A DNA stretch of 64,000 bases from Eledone cirrhosa (taxonomy: Eukaryota): the NCBI GenBank assembly GCA_964016885.1, contig OZ024741.1, positions 216,876,001 to 216,940,000 of the forward strand, given 5' to 3'. Of this stretch, positions 11,618 through 22,996 are shown one piece after another. Every line of letters begins with the position of its first letter. Position 1 is the stretch's first letter. Under the pieces are notes generated by a model that was not told the DNA's origin, searched no databases, and was given only the letters and a program-made list of their open reading frames with translations. Both the position numbers and the translations under genes were made by a program.

Positions 11618-14600
11618 TTACATACAATCGAGTAAAAAGGGTATAAAATGAAAATAATCGAAAATAACCTCAAAAGGGAGGGGACGTGATGGGGGTTGCA
11701 CACACCCCCGAAAAAGTGTGCAATCCAGGATGGTATACAGAGAAGGCCCATTTACACGAGCCATTCTCGCCACTATCACCCACCTTTCATAAAACTGCCT
11801 GTGGCCAAGCACCTCTCTCTCCATTCTTATCCTTCTTCCGAAGTGATATCGGAAGAAGTAGACCAGACTATGGCCAGAGAGGAAGTTGCCTGACCTCAGA
11901 CCTTTCAATCGTGTCCACCAAACAACCTCTTTCAACATGGCTATTACGCACAGAAAAACCGCCTTTGCTTCCTTTGTGAAGAGGGGAGGCGGTTTGATTG
12001 TCATCACGGACTCGGCGGTCAATTGAATCGGCGCCACCAGCGACAGCAGTCGTTCGGCGTAGCCCCACAGATCAGCCACGCCCGGACATTGCACCAATGC
12101 GTGCGCAACGGTTTCTTCGTGACGCACGCATCTAGGGCAAATCTTTTTTGAGGGATCCCTGCCCGGGCGCCCGTGTCTGTAGAGCCTCTCTCGAACGGGT
12201 AGAGCCCCTCGGTAGCACTGCCAGGCCAGTGACTTCTGGAAGTTGTCCATTGGTCCTGGGCCGAAAGTCCTACCGAACAGGCTGGCCAGTTCGTCTTCCT
12301 CCATGTCCAGCGACTCTCCAAGGGTGTCATCGCTCCTGCTAGCCACCAGCCCTCTATAGAATGATGAGGTGGATTCTCCACCGATGGCCTGGCCCGCTTG
12401 CCAGAGAGCCCTGAGCGCCTGGGCACACTCAGTGTGCCAGTCTCCCAGTTTTCCGGATCTTTGCTTGACCCAGGACTGTAGCTCGGTGAGCGAGACGAGT
12501 CTCGGAAAGGCTCGTTTCACGAACGGAGCCCACACCGGTTGACCAGTGAGGAATACCTGTAGGTGCCGTAGCCTTAATGCGTGCCTACGCATCATCAACC
12601 ACGGCATCCCCAGCCCTCCTTTCGAAGGTTGTTGGCAGCAGATGGATCTTCTCACCATAGGAGGGCGCTTCTTCCAAAGAAATTGGAAGAGCATGCGTTC
12701 CATGGTGGTGAGTGTTTCCTTAGGGCAAGGCACGACAGTCAGGCGGTAGTAAGTGACGGACGCTATGTAAATGTTCGCCACCTCCGCCCGGCCTTTTAGG
12801 GACAGCTTACACTTGGCCCATTTCTGGGTTAGTGCAAACACCTTGTTCGTAACCTCGTTCCAGTTTTTTTCCACCTGGAGGTCCGGTCCAAACCAGACCC
12901 CAAGTAACTTTAACGGGCCCTCCGTCCAGTGTCCGACGACACCGTCGGGAGGCATCGGTCTGCCTCTCCACGTTCCGAGTTGCAGCCCGATGGATTTTTC
13001 CCGGTTCAGTTTCGCTCCTGACAACCTTTCGTAATCCTCCAGTAAGGTACCGATCGCCTCGATCTCCGAGTCGGTCGATACCATTACTGTTACGTCATCG
13101 GCGTAGGCCGACACCGCTTTGCTCAATCCTGGTTCCAGGGGGATACCCTGCAACAACTCCAACTTCCTCAGTAAAGGCTCGAGAGTCAATACGTACAGAA
13201 GGGAGGAGAGAGGGCACCCCTGTCGAATGGATCGTGTGATTTCGAACGGCTTCGAGAGGTAGCCGTTCACCTTGATCCTAGAACAGATGTGGTTGCTGTG
13301 TAAGGCAGTGATCCAGCCTCTGAAAACAGGACCGAACCCAGCCGCCGCTAGCACCGCATCCAGGTAACCATGGTCGACCCTATCGAAGGCCTTAGACTGA
13401 TCCAAGTTGATCAGGGCCCCACCGAAGCCGGGTTTGTTGCCAACCCTCTCTATGATGTATCGCATGAGGTGGAGGTTATCGTGAATGGACCTGGATGGGA
13501 TAGTACATGTCTGCGCATCTCCCACCAGGCCACCCACGACAAGCGCCAACCTCTTTGCTAACACCTTGGCCAAAATCTTTAACTCTGTGTTTAGCAGGGT
13601 TATGGGCCAAAAATTATTTATACTATCTCCCTTGTTCTCGTCCTTCCTCACCAGCGTGACTACGCCCTTGGCTACAGAACAAGGAATTCTCCCGTTCTGC
13701 TGCCAATTGCAGTAGACCGCTTCGAGGAGTTCGGAGAAGAAGACCGGCATTGCTAAATAAAGTTCGTAAGGTATACCATCGAGACCTGGAGATTTGCGTC
13801 TGCTGCATTGGCCCAGCGCATCTCCGATCTCATCAGCCGAGATTGGTCCCTCGCAGGACTCTGCCTCTTCGCTCGAGAGACGCGGCAGGCCGTCGAGGTA
13901 TGGACCGAAATCCACGTCCCCGCCCGGACCCTCGCCTCCCCCGAACAATCGGGCAAAGTGCCTTTGAAAGGCCTCGCACATCTGCTTAGGCTCCCGGATC
14001 ACCCGTCCATCTTCGTCTTGCAAAGACCGGATAGTGGATCGATTTCCACTCTTAGCTTCTGTCACGCGGGCCCAGCCAACGGCTTTGGCCCCCTCATTAC
14101 CTAGAGCACGTATTTTACTTCGAATGACGCAGCCTTCGTGCTTTGCATCGAAAAACTGGTTCAAGGCCGTCCTCGATGCCAGCACTCTGGCCACATCTTC
14201 GCTCTTGATTGCCTCTTCTAATTTACCTGTTAATTCTTTCTCGTTTCTATTCCTATCGGCAGCTAACATCTTGCTATAACTTATTGATTCTGTTCTAATC
14301 TCTCTTTTGAGAGATGCCCACCATCGGTTGTTGACGATTGCACCCGTCAACCTCTCCTTAACTAATCTGCTAATCCGGTTTCTGTAAGTCTCTTTTGCCG
14401 GTAAAGACAAATTAAGTTTCCAGTAACCGGGACCCTGTTTATGTGTTTTCTCGAGATTGACTACGCAGGTCACTAATTTGTGATCCGTGTAGTCAACCGT
14501 TCGCATTTCTGGACAGCTTAATATGTCCCTATCCTTACTTATAACTAAGAATCTATCTAAGTACGATCTAGATTGACCACTGTGGTTTCTCCAAGTCCAG

Positions 14601-15160
14601 GTAGGCACAGTTGGAAAATCTAGTCGATATCTATCGACCAAGTTAAAACGGTCGAGTAACCCCTTGAGGCTGTTACACCCACCTCTATTGGGACATGCTC
14701 CTGCATAGTCCCAACGTGCATCTAGGATGTCATTCCAATCCCCCGCTAGAAGCAGGGAACGCGACATTCCCAGAAAAGTCTCTAAACGCTGGAAGAAGTC
14801 GGGCGGTTCAGCTCCGAAAGGGGAGTAGACGGCGACCAGTCTTAAGGCCGCACCTTCACTACTGCCAACGTCTAGCACCAACCAACGACCCTCCGGGTCC
14901 GAGTGCACAACCTGTACGGCAAGACCCAGGTGTTTTTGCAGCAGTACGACAACCCCACCCCCACCTCCAGGTTGACAGAGAGATGCATGCACCTCAAAGT
15001 CATCGAAGGTAGGGGCCAGCTGCCGCACAACACTGATCCGAGTCTCACAGATAACCATTACATTTATACCACATGACCTGAGGTCATTTAGAAGCTTTGC
15101 TTGCTTCCAAGTTGAGCCCAGGCCACGTGCATTCAAACATCCTACTCTTAACACATCCAT
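11618..15160 (-). CDS. Tx1 ORF2 (APE endonuclease, RT, Cys/His C-terminal domain), copy A, C-terminally extended
   Basis: LNARGL, ICETR, GDWN, SYLDR, TDH; SPGLDG, LDQSKAFDRVDH, QGCPLS, YADD; CPRC..H...C. NFRPI is changed to NFWPI and a 56-bp deletion removes the normal stop. Confidence 0.9.
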   Translation of the reverse strand: MDVLRVGCLNARGLGSTWKQAKLLNDLRSCGINVMVICETRISVVRQLAPTFDDFEVHASLCQPGGGGGVVVLLQKHLGLAVQVVHSDPEGRWLVLDVGSSEGAALRLVAVYSPFGAEPPDFFQRLETFLGMSRSLLLAGDWNDILDARWDYAGACPNRGGCNSLKGLLDRFNLVDRYRLDFPTVPTWTWRNHSGQSRSYLDRFLVISKDRDILSCPEMRTVDYTDHKLVTCVVNLEKTHKQGPGYWKLNLSLPAKETYRNRISRLVKERLTGAIVNNRWWASLKREIRTESISYSKMLAADRNRNEKELTGKLEEAIKSEDVARVLASRTALNQFFDAKHEGCVIRSKIRALGNEGAKAVGWARVTEAKSGNRSTIRSLQDEDGRVIREPKQMCEAFQRHFARLFGGGEGPGGDVDFGPYLDGLPRLSSEEAESCEGPISADEIGDALGQCSRRKSPGLDGIPYELYLAMPVFFSELLEAVYCNWQQNGRIPCSVAKGVVTLVRKDENKGDSINNFWPITLLNTELKILAKVLAKRLALVVGGLVGDAQTCTIPSRSIHDNLHLMRYIIERVGNKPGFGGALINLDQSKAFDRVDHGYLDAVLAAAGFGPVFRGWITALHSNHICSRIKVNGYLSKPFEITRSIRQGCPLSSLLYVLTLEPLLRKLELLQGIPLEPGLSKAVSAYADDVTVMVSTDSEIEAIGTLLEDYERLSGAKLNREKSIGLQLGTWRGRPMPPDGVVGHWTEGPLKLLGVWFGPDLQVEKNWNEVTNKVFALTQKWAKCKLSLKGRAEVANIYIASVTYYRLTVVPCPKETLTTMERMLFQFLWKKRPPMVRRSICCQQPSKGGLGMPWLMMRRHALRLRHLQVFLTGQPVWAPFVKRAFPRLVSLTELQSWVKQRSGKLGDWHTECAQALRALWQAGQAIGGESTSSFYRGLVASRSDDTLGESLDMEEDELASLFGRTFGPGPMDNFQKSLAWQCYRGALPVRERLYRHGRPGRDPSKKICPRCVRHEETVAHALVQCPGVADLWGYAERLLSLVAPIQLTAESVMTIKPPPLFTKEAKAVFLCVIAMLKEVVWWTRLKGLRSGNFLSGHSLVYFFRYHFGRRIRMEREVLGHRQFYERWVIVARMARVNGPSLYTILDCTLFRGCVQPPSRPLPFEVIFDYFHFIPFLLDCM

Positions 15161-15193
15161 GTGGGCGGCAGAACCAAAGGAGAGTGTAGAGAC

Positions 15194-17094
15194 CTACCTT
15201 TCCGCTTCCCGGGGTTCGGGTCGCACGACTTCCATGGGGTCGGGGGTGTTGGGTGAAGGGGTGTCTTGTGGTGGTGTGGGGTCGTCAGTGTGTGGTGGGG
15301 TTGGGGTGTTTGGAGTTGTGTTGGGGAGGGGAAGGGGAGGGGGAAAGCTTTTTAGTAGGACGCGGTTTATGGGTTTGACAGAGGGTGGTCCTACGTCCTC
15401 CTTAAAATCCTTTTTTAGTTTTTGGTAGAGGTTCATTGGGATCTTTATTAATTTTAAATGTGGGTAGTTTTCTGAAGAAACAAAGTTTACACCTTCGGTT
15501 TGTACCGAAGGATTATTGTTTATGAGTTCATTTAATTTATTATTGTTTCTGTTGATGTAAGTATAGTGTAATGTCTTTTTTTCGGATGGTGTGAGTGTTT
15601 CGAAGAGGGGAGGGGCAGGTTTGGTTTTGTTTGTTGCTGGAGGGGTATTTTCTGTTTTGTTGGATTGTGTTGACATTTGGGTGGGGGTTGTTTGGCCTTG
15701 TATGTTTTGCACATGTTTTCTTTTTTTCCTTTTAATCTGTCTGAAGGACTCCGTTTCTTCCTCCGAATTCGTTGGGTTATCTTCAGTGTTGGAGGGAAGA
15801 GGTATGTTTGCTGGTAATGTTTCCGTGTTGGTTTTCTTTGTGGGGGAGATGGATGTCACTATGTTAGACTGTGTTGTGTGTTGTGTCTGCGGTGGTTGTG
15901 TTGTTTTATTGAGTGAGGGGTTGGGTGGGCCTGTATTTTGTTTTGGGGTAATGTGTTGTGACTGTTTGTGTTGTGGTGGTGGTGTAGTTTTACTGAGGGA
16001 CGGGTTGGGTGGGACTGAGTTTTGTTGTTTATTTATCTGTTGTGGTGGTGGTGGTGGAGCTGGTGTTAGTAGCAGGGTTTTCTTTTTGTTGAGTTGGGGA
16101 CAAGCGGCCTTCAGGTGCCCTCTGCCTGCACAGATATGACAGGACGGCCTTCTCCCCTCCACGCTAATGTTTATATACCCGTGGCCCTCTAATAGGATTC
16201 TGTCGGGTATTTGGGCGATGCGTTCAGGCTTCATTTGCACTACCAGCTCTATACCTGTTCCACTGAACGCATTGCCTGTGGTTTTCCCAATGGAAATCAC
16301 GTTGTCATTCACTGGATCGATGAAGCCAGCTATGAGCCAGCAGTAGTCCACATCTGGCATCATTGCATCCAGCCATATGCGTTGAGTTCTTTTATCCATG
16401 TAAGATGGATAAAAGGTAAAAATTTTCGAACGAATCGGTGACAAAGCACATTTTTTTGCCGCCGATTCGTTCTTCATGATAATTGCTAGGCTTCCATACA
16501 GTCTGTCTTTTCTTATGAAAGTGGTTTCATTAAGTACTTCTGTGAGTACTGTTTTGATATCTGCTTGAGAAGGCTGTTCAGGTTTTTTTGAAGTGTTGTT
16601 GATGGTGCGGAATACGACCGTTCGACTTTCAATGTCTTTGGTGAGTTCTTGAGGCATTTTTACCGATAAAATACCATTCTCTCCCTCACTTATGTATTGT
16701 TTGGCGTCTGTGATTCTTCGTGCCACATCTGAAATATTTTCGGGTATATATGTCAAAGATTTCTTTGTTGTTTGTGCAAATGAAATCTTAACTCTGTCGT
16801 CTGCTTTGCTTTCTGTTATGGTGTTATTTTCAAATGTTATTTTTCTGTTTGTTGTGTCTTTGTTTGTGGTATTAGTATTGTCATGCAATTTTTCAAATTT
16901 TTTTTTTCGTTGTTGGAATCCATGTCCAGATTTGTGTTTTCGTCATTTTTCTCCGCAGATTCGTCTGCTTTTATTTTAATTTTTCCTCCCTTCTCTATGA
17001 CGTTAGTTGGGAAGGAAGGGGGGACTAAAGTGTGCGAGCTTACAACTTTTACCGCTGTCCCCCCACCACTATTTTCGTTCGCTTCGTTTAACAT
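15194..17094 (-). pseudogene. Tx1 ORF1 (CCHC zinc knuckle), copy A, frameshifted
   Basis: CHICAGRGHLKAAC; ATG at 17094; the A-tract near 16900 is one base shorter than in copy B, splitting the ORF. Confidence 0.85.
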
Positions 17095-17334
17095 TTTTGT
17101 CAGACGATTGAAATTTTTTTGCCACAAAATTTTTTAAAACAGGTTTTTCACCTCTAGGAGGGGTAAAGATGAGCTGACCCACCGCCTGACAGTTCAGACG
17201 GGGGGTCAAGCTACACAATAGTATCAAAATTAAATTTGAACTCACAAAATTTCCGCAATAAATTTGAACAAAACTTCTGCGCGAAGTGAATTACATCCAC
17301 ACTGTAGAACAGACGACAGCTAGATCCTCTATTT

Positions 17335-17335
<1 letters not shown>

Positions 17336-17432
<97 letters not shown>
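17336..17432. repeat. (GATA)n tract between Tx1 copies A and B
   Basis: Directly visible. Confidence 0.95.
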
Positions 17433-17433
<1 letters not shown>

Positions 17434-17647
17434 TTCTTTATTTACCATAAAGGCATAAAAAGAAGGGACAAATACAAAGGGGGAGTTTACATATAATCGA
17501 GTAAAAAGGGTGTAACATGAAAATAATCGAAAATAACCTCAAAAGGGAGGGGACGTGATGGGGGTTGCACACACCCCCGAAAAAGTGTGCAATCCTTTGC
17601 CCGGGGAGCACATGGAGAAGGTGCTCCCCTCTCCTTTACTTCTTTAC

Positions 17648-20600
17648 CTACAGGATGGTATACAGAGAAGGCCCATTTACACGAGCCATTCTCGCCACTA
17701 TCACCCACCTTTCATAAAACTGCCTGTGGCCAAGCACCTCTCTCTCCATTCTTATCCTTCTTCCGAAGTGATATCGGAAGAAGTAGACCAGACTATGGCC
17801 AGAGAGGAAGTTGCCTGACCTCAGACCTTTCAATCGTGTCCACCAAACAACCTCTTTCAACATGGCTATTACGCACAGAAAAACCGCCTTTGCTTCCTTT
17901 GTGAAGAGGGGAGGCGGTTTGATTGTCATCACGGACTCGGCGGTCAATTGAATCGGCGCCACCAGCGACAGCAGTCGTTCGGCGTAGCCCCACAGATCAG
18001 CCACGCCCGGACATTGCACCAATGCGTGCGCCACGGTTTCTTCGTGACGCACGCATCTAGGGCAAATCTTTTTTGAGGGATCCCTGCCCGGGCGCCCGTG
18101 TCTGTAGAGCCTCTCTCGAACGGGTAGAGCCCCTCGGTAGCACTGCCAGGCCAGTGACTTCTGGAAGTTGTCCATTGGTCCTGGGCCGAAAGTCCTACCG
18201 AACAGGCTGGCCAGTTCGTCTTCCTCCATGTCCAGCGACTCTCCAAGGGTGTCATCGCCCCTGCTAGCCACCAGCCCTCTATAGAATGATGAGGTGGATT
18301 CTCCACCGATGGCCCGGCCCGCTTGCCAGAGAGCCCTGAGCGCCTGAGCACACTCAGTGTGCCAGTCTCCCAGTTTTCCGGATCTTTGCTTGACCCAGGA
18401 CTGTAGCTCGGTGAGTGAGACGAGTCTCGGAAAGGCTCGTTTCACGAACGGAGCCCACACCGGTTGACCAGTGAGGAATACCTGTAGGTGCCGTAGCCTT
18501 AATGCGTGCCTACGCATCATCAACCACGGCATCCCCAGCCCTCCTTTCGAAGGTTGTTGGCAGCAGATGGATCTTCTCACCATAGGAGGACGCTTCTTCC
18601 AAAGAAATTGGAAGAGCATGCGTTCCATGGTGGTGAGTGTTTCCTTAGGGCAAGGCACGACAGTCAGGCGGTAGTAAGTGACGGACGCTATGTAAATGTT
18701 CGCCACCTCCGCCCGGCCTTTTAGGGACAGCTTACACTTGGCCCATTTCTGGGTTAGTGCAAACACCTTGTTCGTAACCTCGTTCCAGTTCTTTTCCACC
18801 TGGAGGTCCGGTCCAAACCAGACCCCAAGCAACTTTACCGGGCCCTCCGTCCAGTGTCCGACGACACCGTCAGGAGGCATCGGTTTGCCTCTCCACGTTC
18901 CGAGTTGCAGCCCGATGGATTTTTCCCGGTTCAGTTTCGCTCCTGACAACCTTTCGTACTCCTCCAGTAAGGTACCGATCGCCTCGATCTCCGAGTCGGT
19001 TGATACCATTACTGTTACGTCATCGGCGTAGGCCGACACCGCTTTGCTCAATCCTGGTTCCAGGGGGATACCCTGCAACAACTCCAACTTCCTCAGTAAA
19101 GGCTCGAGAGTCAATACGTACAGAAGGGAGGAGAGAGGGCACCCCTGTCGAATGGATCGTGTGATTTCGAACGGCTTCGAAAGGTAGCCGTTCACCTTGA
19201 TCCTAGAACAGATGTGGTTGCTATGTAGGGCAGTGATCCAGCCTCTGAAAACAGGACCGAACCCAGCCGCCGCTAGCACCGCATCCAGGTAACCATGGTC
19301 GACCCTATCGAAGGCCTTAGACTGATCCAAGTTGATCAGGGCCCCACCGAAGCCGGGTTTGTTGCCAACCCTCTCTATGATGTATCGCATGAGGTGGAGG
19401 TTATCGTGAATGGACCTGGATGGGATAGCACATGTCTGCGCATCTCCCACCAGGCCACCCACGACAAGCGCCAACCTCTTTGCTAACACCTTGGCCAAAA
19501 TCTTTAACTCTGTGTTTAGCAGGGTTATGGGCCGAAAATTATTTATACTATCCCCCTTGTTCTCGTCCTTCCTCACCAGCGTGACTACGCCCTTGGCTAC
19601 AGAACAAGGAATTCTCCCGTTCTGCTGCCAATTGCAGTAGACCGCTTCGAGGAGTTCGGAGAAGAAGACCGGCATTGCTAAATAAAGTTCGTAAGGTATA
19701 CCATCGAGACCTGGAGATTTGCGTCTGCTGCATTGGCTCAGCGCATCTCCGATCTCATCGGCCGAGATTGGTCCCTCGCAGGACTCTGCCTCTTTGTTCG
19801 AGAGACGCGGCAGGCCGTCGAGGTATGGACCGAAATCCACGCCCCGGCCCGGACCCTCGCCTCCCCCGAACAATCGGGCAAAGTGCTTTTGAAAGGCCTC
19901 GCACATCTGCTTAGGCTCCCGGATCACTCGTCCATCTTCGTCTTGCAACGACCGGATGGTGGATCGATTTCCACTTTTAGCTTCTGTCACGCGGGCCCAT
20001 CCAACGGCTTTGGCCCCCTCATTACCTAGAGCACGTATTTTACTTCGAATGACGCAGCCTTCATGCTTTGCATCGAAAAACTGGTTCAAGGCCGTCCTCG
20101 ATGCTAGCACTCTGGCCACATCTTCGCTCTTGATTGCCTCTTCTAATTTACCTGTTAATTCTTTCTCGTTTCTATTCCTATTGGCAGCTAACATCTTGCT
20201 ATAACTTATTGATTCTGTTCTAATCTCTCTTTTGAGAGATGCCCACCATCGGTTGTTGACGATTGCACCCGTCAACCTCTCCTTAACTAATCTGCTAATC
20301 CGGTTTCTGTAAGTCTCTTTTGCCGGTAAAGACAAATTAAGTTTCCAGTAACCGGGACCCTGTCTATGTGTTTTCTCGAGATTGACCACGCAGGTCACTA
20401 ATTTGTGATCCGTGTAGCCAACCGTGCGCATTTCTGGACAGCTTAATATGTCCCTATCCTTACTTCTAACTAAGAATCTATCTAAGTACGATCTAGATTG
20501 ACCACTGTGGTTTCTCCAAGTCCAGGTAGGCACAGTTGGAAAATCTAGTCGATATCTATCGACCAAGTTAAAACGGTCGAGTAACCCCTTGAGGCTGTTA

Positions 20601-21085
20601 CACCCCCCTCTATTAGGACATGCTCCTGCATAGTCCCAACGTGCATCCAGGATGTCATTCCAATCCCCCGCTAGAAGCAGGGAACGCGACATTCCCAGAA
20701 AAGTCTCCAAACGCTGGAAGAAGTCGGGCCGTTCAGCTCCGAAAGGGGAGTAGACGGCGACCAGTCTCAAGGCCGCACTTTCACTACTGCCAACGTCTAG
20801 CACCAACAAACGACCCTCCGGGTCCGAGTGCACAACCTGTACGGCAAGACCCAGGTGTTTTTGCAGCAGCACGACAACCCCACCCCCACCTCCAGGTTGA
20901 CAGAGAGATGCATGCACCTCAAAGTCATCGAAGGTGGGGGCCAGCTGCCGCATGACGCTGATTCGAGTCTCACAGATAACCATTACATTTATACTACATG
21001 ACCTGAGGTCATTTAGAAGCTTTGCTTGCTTCCAAGTTGAGCCCAGGCCACGTGCATTCAAACATCCTACTCTTAACACATCCAT
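17648..21085 (-). CDS. Tx1 ORF2 (APE-RT), 1145 aa, intact
   Basis: All endonuclease and RT motifs present, including NFRPITLLN and YADD. Confidence 0.95.
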   Translation of the reverse strand: MDVLRVGCLNARGLGSTWKQAKLLNDLRSCSINVMVICETRISVMRQLAPTFDDFEVHASLCQPGGGGGVVVLLQKHLGLAVQVVHSDPEGRLLVLDVGSSESAALRLVAVYSPFGAERPDFFQRLETFLGMSRSLLLAGDWNDILDARWDYAGACPNRGGCNSLKGLLDRFNLVDRYRLDFPTVPTWTWRNHSGQSRSYLDRFLVRSKDRDILSCPEMRTVGYTDHKLVTCVVNLEKTHRQGPGYWKLNLSLPAKETYRNRISRLVKERLTGAIVNNRWWASLKREIRTESISYSKMLAANRNRNEKELTGKLEEAIKSEDVARVLASRTALNQFFDAKHEGCVIRSKIRALGNEGAKAVGWARVTEAKSGNRSTIRSLQDEDGRVIREPKQMCEAFQKHFARLFGGGEGPGRGVDFGPYLDGLPRLSNKEAESCEGPISADEIGDALSQCSRRKSPGLDGIPYELYLAMPVFFSELLEAVYCNWQQNGRIPCSVAKGVVTLVRKDENKGDSINNFRPITLLNTELKILAKVLAKRLALVVGGLVGDAQTCAIPSRSIHDNLHLMRYIIERVGNKPGFGGALINLDQSKAFDRVDHGYLDAVLAAAGFGPVFRGWITALHSNHICSRIKVNGYLSKPFEITRSIRQGCPLSSLLYVLTLEPLLRKLELLQGIPLEPGLSKAVSAYADDVTVMVSTDSEIEAIGTLLEEYERLSGAKLNREKSIGLQLGTWRGKPMPPDGVVGHWTEGPVKLLGVWFGPDLQVEKNWNEVTNKVFALTQKWAKCKLSLKGRAEVANIYIASVTYYRLTVVPCPKETLTTMERMLFQFLWKKRPPMVRRSICCQQPSKGGLGMPWLMMRRHALRLRHLQVFLTGQPVWAPFVKRAFPRLVSLTELQSWVKQRSGKLGDWHTECAQALRALWQAGRAIGGESTSSFYRGLVASRGDDTLGESLDMEEDELASLFGRTFGPGPMDNFQKSLAWQCYRGALPVRERLYRHGRPGRDPSKKICPRCVRHEETVAHALVQCPGVADLWGYAERLLSLVAPIQLTAESVMTIKPPPLFTKEAKAVFLCVIAMLKEVVWWTRLKGLRSGNFLSGHSLVYFFRYHFGRRIRMEREVLGHRQFYERWVIVARMARVNGPSLYTIL

Positions 21086-21118
21086 GTGGGCGGCAGAGCC
21101 AAAGGAGAGTGTAGAGAC

Positions 21119-22996
21119 CTACCTTTCCGCTTCCCGGGGTTCGGGTTGCACGACTTCCATGGGGTCGGGGGTGTTGGGTGAAGGGGTGTCTTGTGGTGGT
21201 GTGGGGTCGTCAGTGTGTGGTGGGGTTGGGGTGTTTGGAGTTGTGTTGGGGAGGGGAAGGGGAGGGGGAAAGCTTTTTAGTAGGACGCGGTTTATGGGTT
21301 TGACAGAGGGTGGTCCTACGTCCTCCTTAAAATCCTTTTTTAGTTTTTGGTAGAGGTTCATTGGGATTTTTATTAGTTTTAAATGTGGGTGGTTTTCTGA
21401 CGAAACAAAGTTTACACCTTCGGTTTGTACCGAAGGATTATTGTATATGAGTTCATTTAATTTATTATTGTTTCTGTTGATGTAAGTATAGTGTAATGTC
21501 TTTTTTTCCGATGGTGTGAGTGTTTCGAAGAGGGGAGGGGCAGGTTTGGTTTTGTTTGTTGCTGGAGGGGTGTTTTCTGTTTTGTTAGATTGTGTTGCGA
21601 TTTGGGTGGGGGTTGTTTGTCCTTGTGTGTTTTGCACATGTTTTCTTTTTTTCCTTTTAATTTGTCTGAAGGACTCCGTTTCTTCCTCCGAATTCGTTGG
21701 GTTATCTTCAGTGTTGGAGGGAAGAGGTATGTTTGCTGGTAATGTTTCCGTGTTGGTTTTCTTTGTGGGGGAGATGGATGTCACTATGTTAGACTGTGTT
21801 GTGTGTTGTGTCTGCGGTGGTTGTGTTGTTTTATTGAGTGAGAGGTTGGGTGGGCCTGTATTTTGTTTTGGGGTAATGTGTTGTGACTGTTTGTGTTGTG
21901 GTGGTGTTGTGGTGTTACTGAGGGACGGGTTGGGTGGGACTGAGTTTTGTTGTTTGTTTATCTGTTGTGGTGGTGGTGGTGGAGCTGGTGTTGGTAGCAG
22001 GGTTTTCTTTTTGTTGAGTTGGGGACAAGCGGCCTTCAGGTGCCCTCTGCCTGCACAGATATGGCAGGACGGCCTTCTCCCCTCCACGCTAATGTTTATA
22101 TACCCGTGGTCCTCTAATAGGATTCTGTCGGGTATTTGGGCGATGCGTTCAGGCTTCATTTGTACTACCAGCTCTATACCTGTTCCACTGAACGCATTGC
22201 CTGTGGTTTTCCCAATGGAAATCACGTTGTCATTCACTGGATCGATGAAGCCAGCTATGAGCCAGCAGTAGTCCACATCTGGCATCATTGCATCCAGCCA
22301 TATGCGTTGAGTTTTTTTTCCCATATAAGATGGATAAAAGGTGAAATTTTTCGAACGAATCGGTGACAAAGCACATTTTTTTGCCGCCGATTCGTTCTTC
22401 ATGATGATTGCTAGGCTTCCATACAGTCTGTCTTTTCTTATGAAAGTTGTTTCATTCAGTACTTCTGCGAGTACTGTTTTGATATCTGCTTGAGAAGGCT
22501 GTTCAGGTTTTTTTGTACTGTTGTTGATGGTCCGAAACTTGACCGTTCGGCTTTCAATGTCTTTCGTGAATTCTTGTGGCATTTTTACCAATAAAATACC
22601 ATTCTCACCTTCACTTATGTATTGTTTTGCGTCCGTGATCCTTCGTACCACATCTGAAATGTTTTCCGCTATATAAGTCAAAGATTTCTTTGTTTTCTGT
22701 GCAAATGAAATCTGGTCGTCTGCTTTATTTTCTGATATGATGTTATTTTCAACTGTTATTTTTTTGTTTGTTGTGTCTTTGTTTGTGTTATTAGTATTGT
22801 CATGCAATTTTTCAAATTTTTTTTTTTCGTTGTTTTCGTTATTTAATTTTTTCTCCGCAGATTCGTCCGTTTTTATTTTCATTTTTCCTTCCTTCTCTAT
22901 GACGTTAGTTGGGAAGGAAGGGAGGACTAAAGCGTGCGAGCTTACAACTCTTACCGCTGTCCCCCCACCACTATTTTCGTTCGCTGCGTTTAACAT
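21119..22996 (-). CDS. Tx1 ORF1, CCHC knuckle nucleic-acid-binding protein (about 625 aa from the first ATG)
   Basis: CHICAGRGHLKAAC, KRKKRK basic patch, Pro/Thr-rich C-terminal half; first in-frame ATG at 22996. Confidence 0.85.
   Translation of the reverse strand: MLNAANENSGGGTAVRVVSSHALVLPSFPTNVIEKEGKMKIKTDESAEKKLNNENNEKKKFEKLHDNTNNTNKDTTNKKITVENNIISENKADDQISFAQKTKKSLTYIAENISDVVRRITDAKQYISEGENGILLVKMPQEFTKDIESRTVKFRTINNSTKKPEQPSQADIKTVLAEVLNETTFIRKDRLYGSLAIIMKNESAAKKCALSPIRSKNFTFYPSYMGKKTQRIWLDAMMPDVDYCWLIAGFIDPVNDNVISIGKTTGNAFSGTGIELVVQMKPERIAQIPDRILLEDHGYINISVEGRRPSCHICAGRGHLKAACPQLNKKKTLLPTPAPPPPPQQINKQQNSVPPNPSLSNTTTPPQHKQSQHITPKQNTGPPNLSLNKTTQPPQTQHTTQSNIVTSISPTKKTNTETLPANIPLPSNTEDNPTNSEEETESFRQIKRKKRKHVQNTQGQTTPTQIATQSNKTENTPPATNKTKPAPPLFETLTPSEKKTLHYTYINRNNNKLNELIYNNPSVQTEGVNFVSSENHPHLKLIKIPMNLYQKLKKDFKEDVGPPSVKPINRVLLKSFPPPLPLPNTTPNTPTPPHTDDPTPPQDTPSPNTPDPMEVVQPEPREAER

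Larger units (their letters stand above)
11562..17327 (-). mobile_element. Full-length Tx1-clade non-LTR retrotransposon, copy A (damaged)
   Basis: ORF1 plus ORF2, highly similar to copy B; flanked by TCTATTTGATAGATAGAT at 11543 and 17328. Confidence 0.95.
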
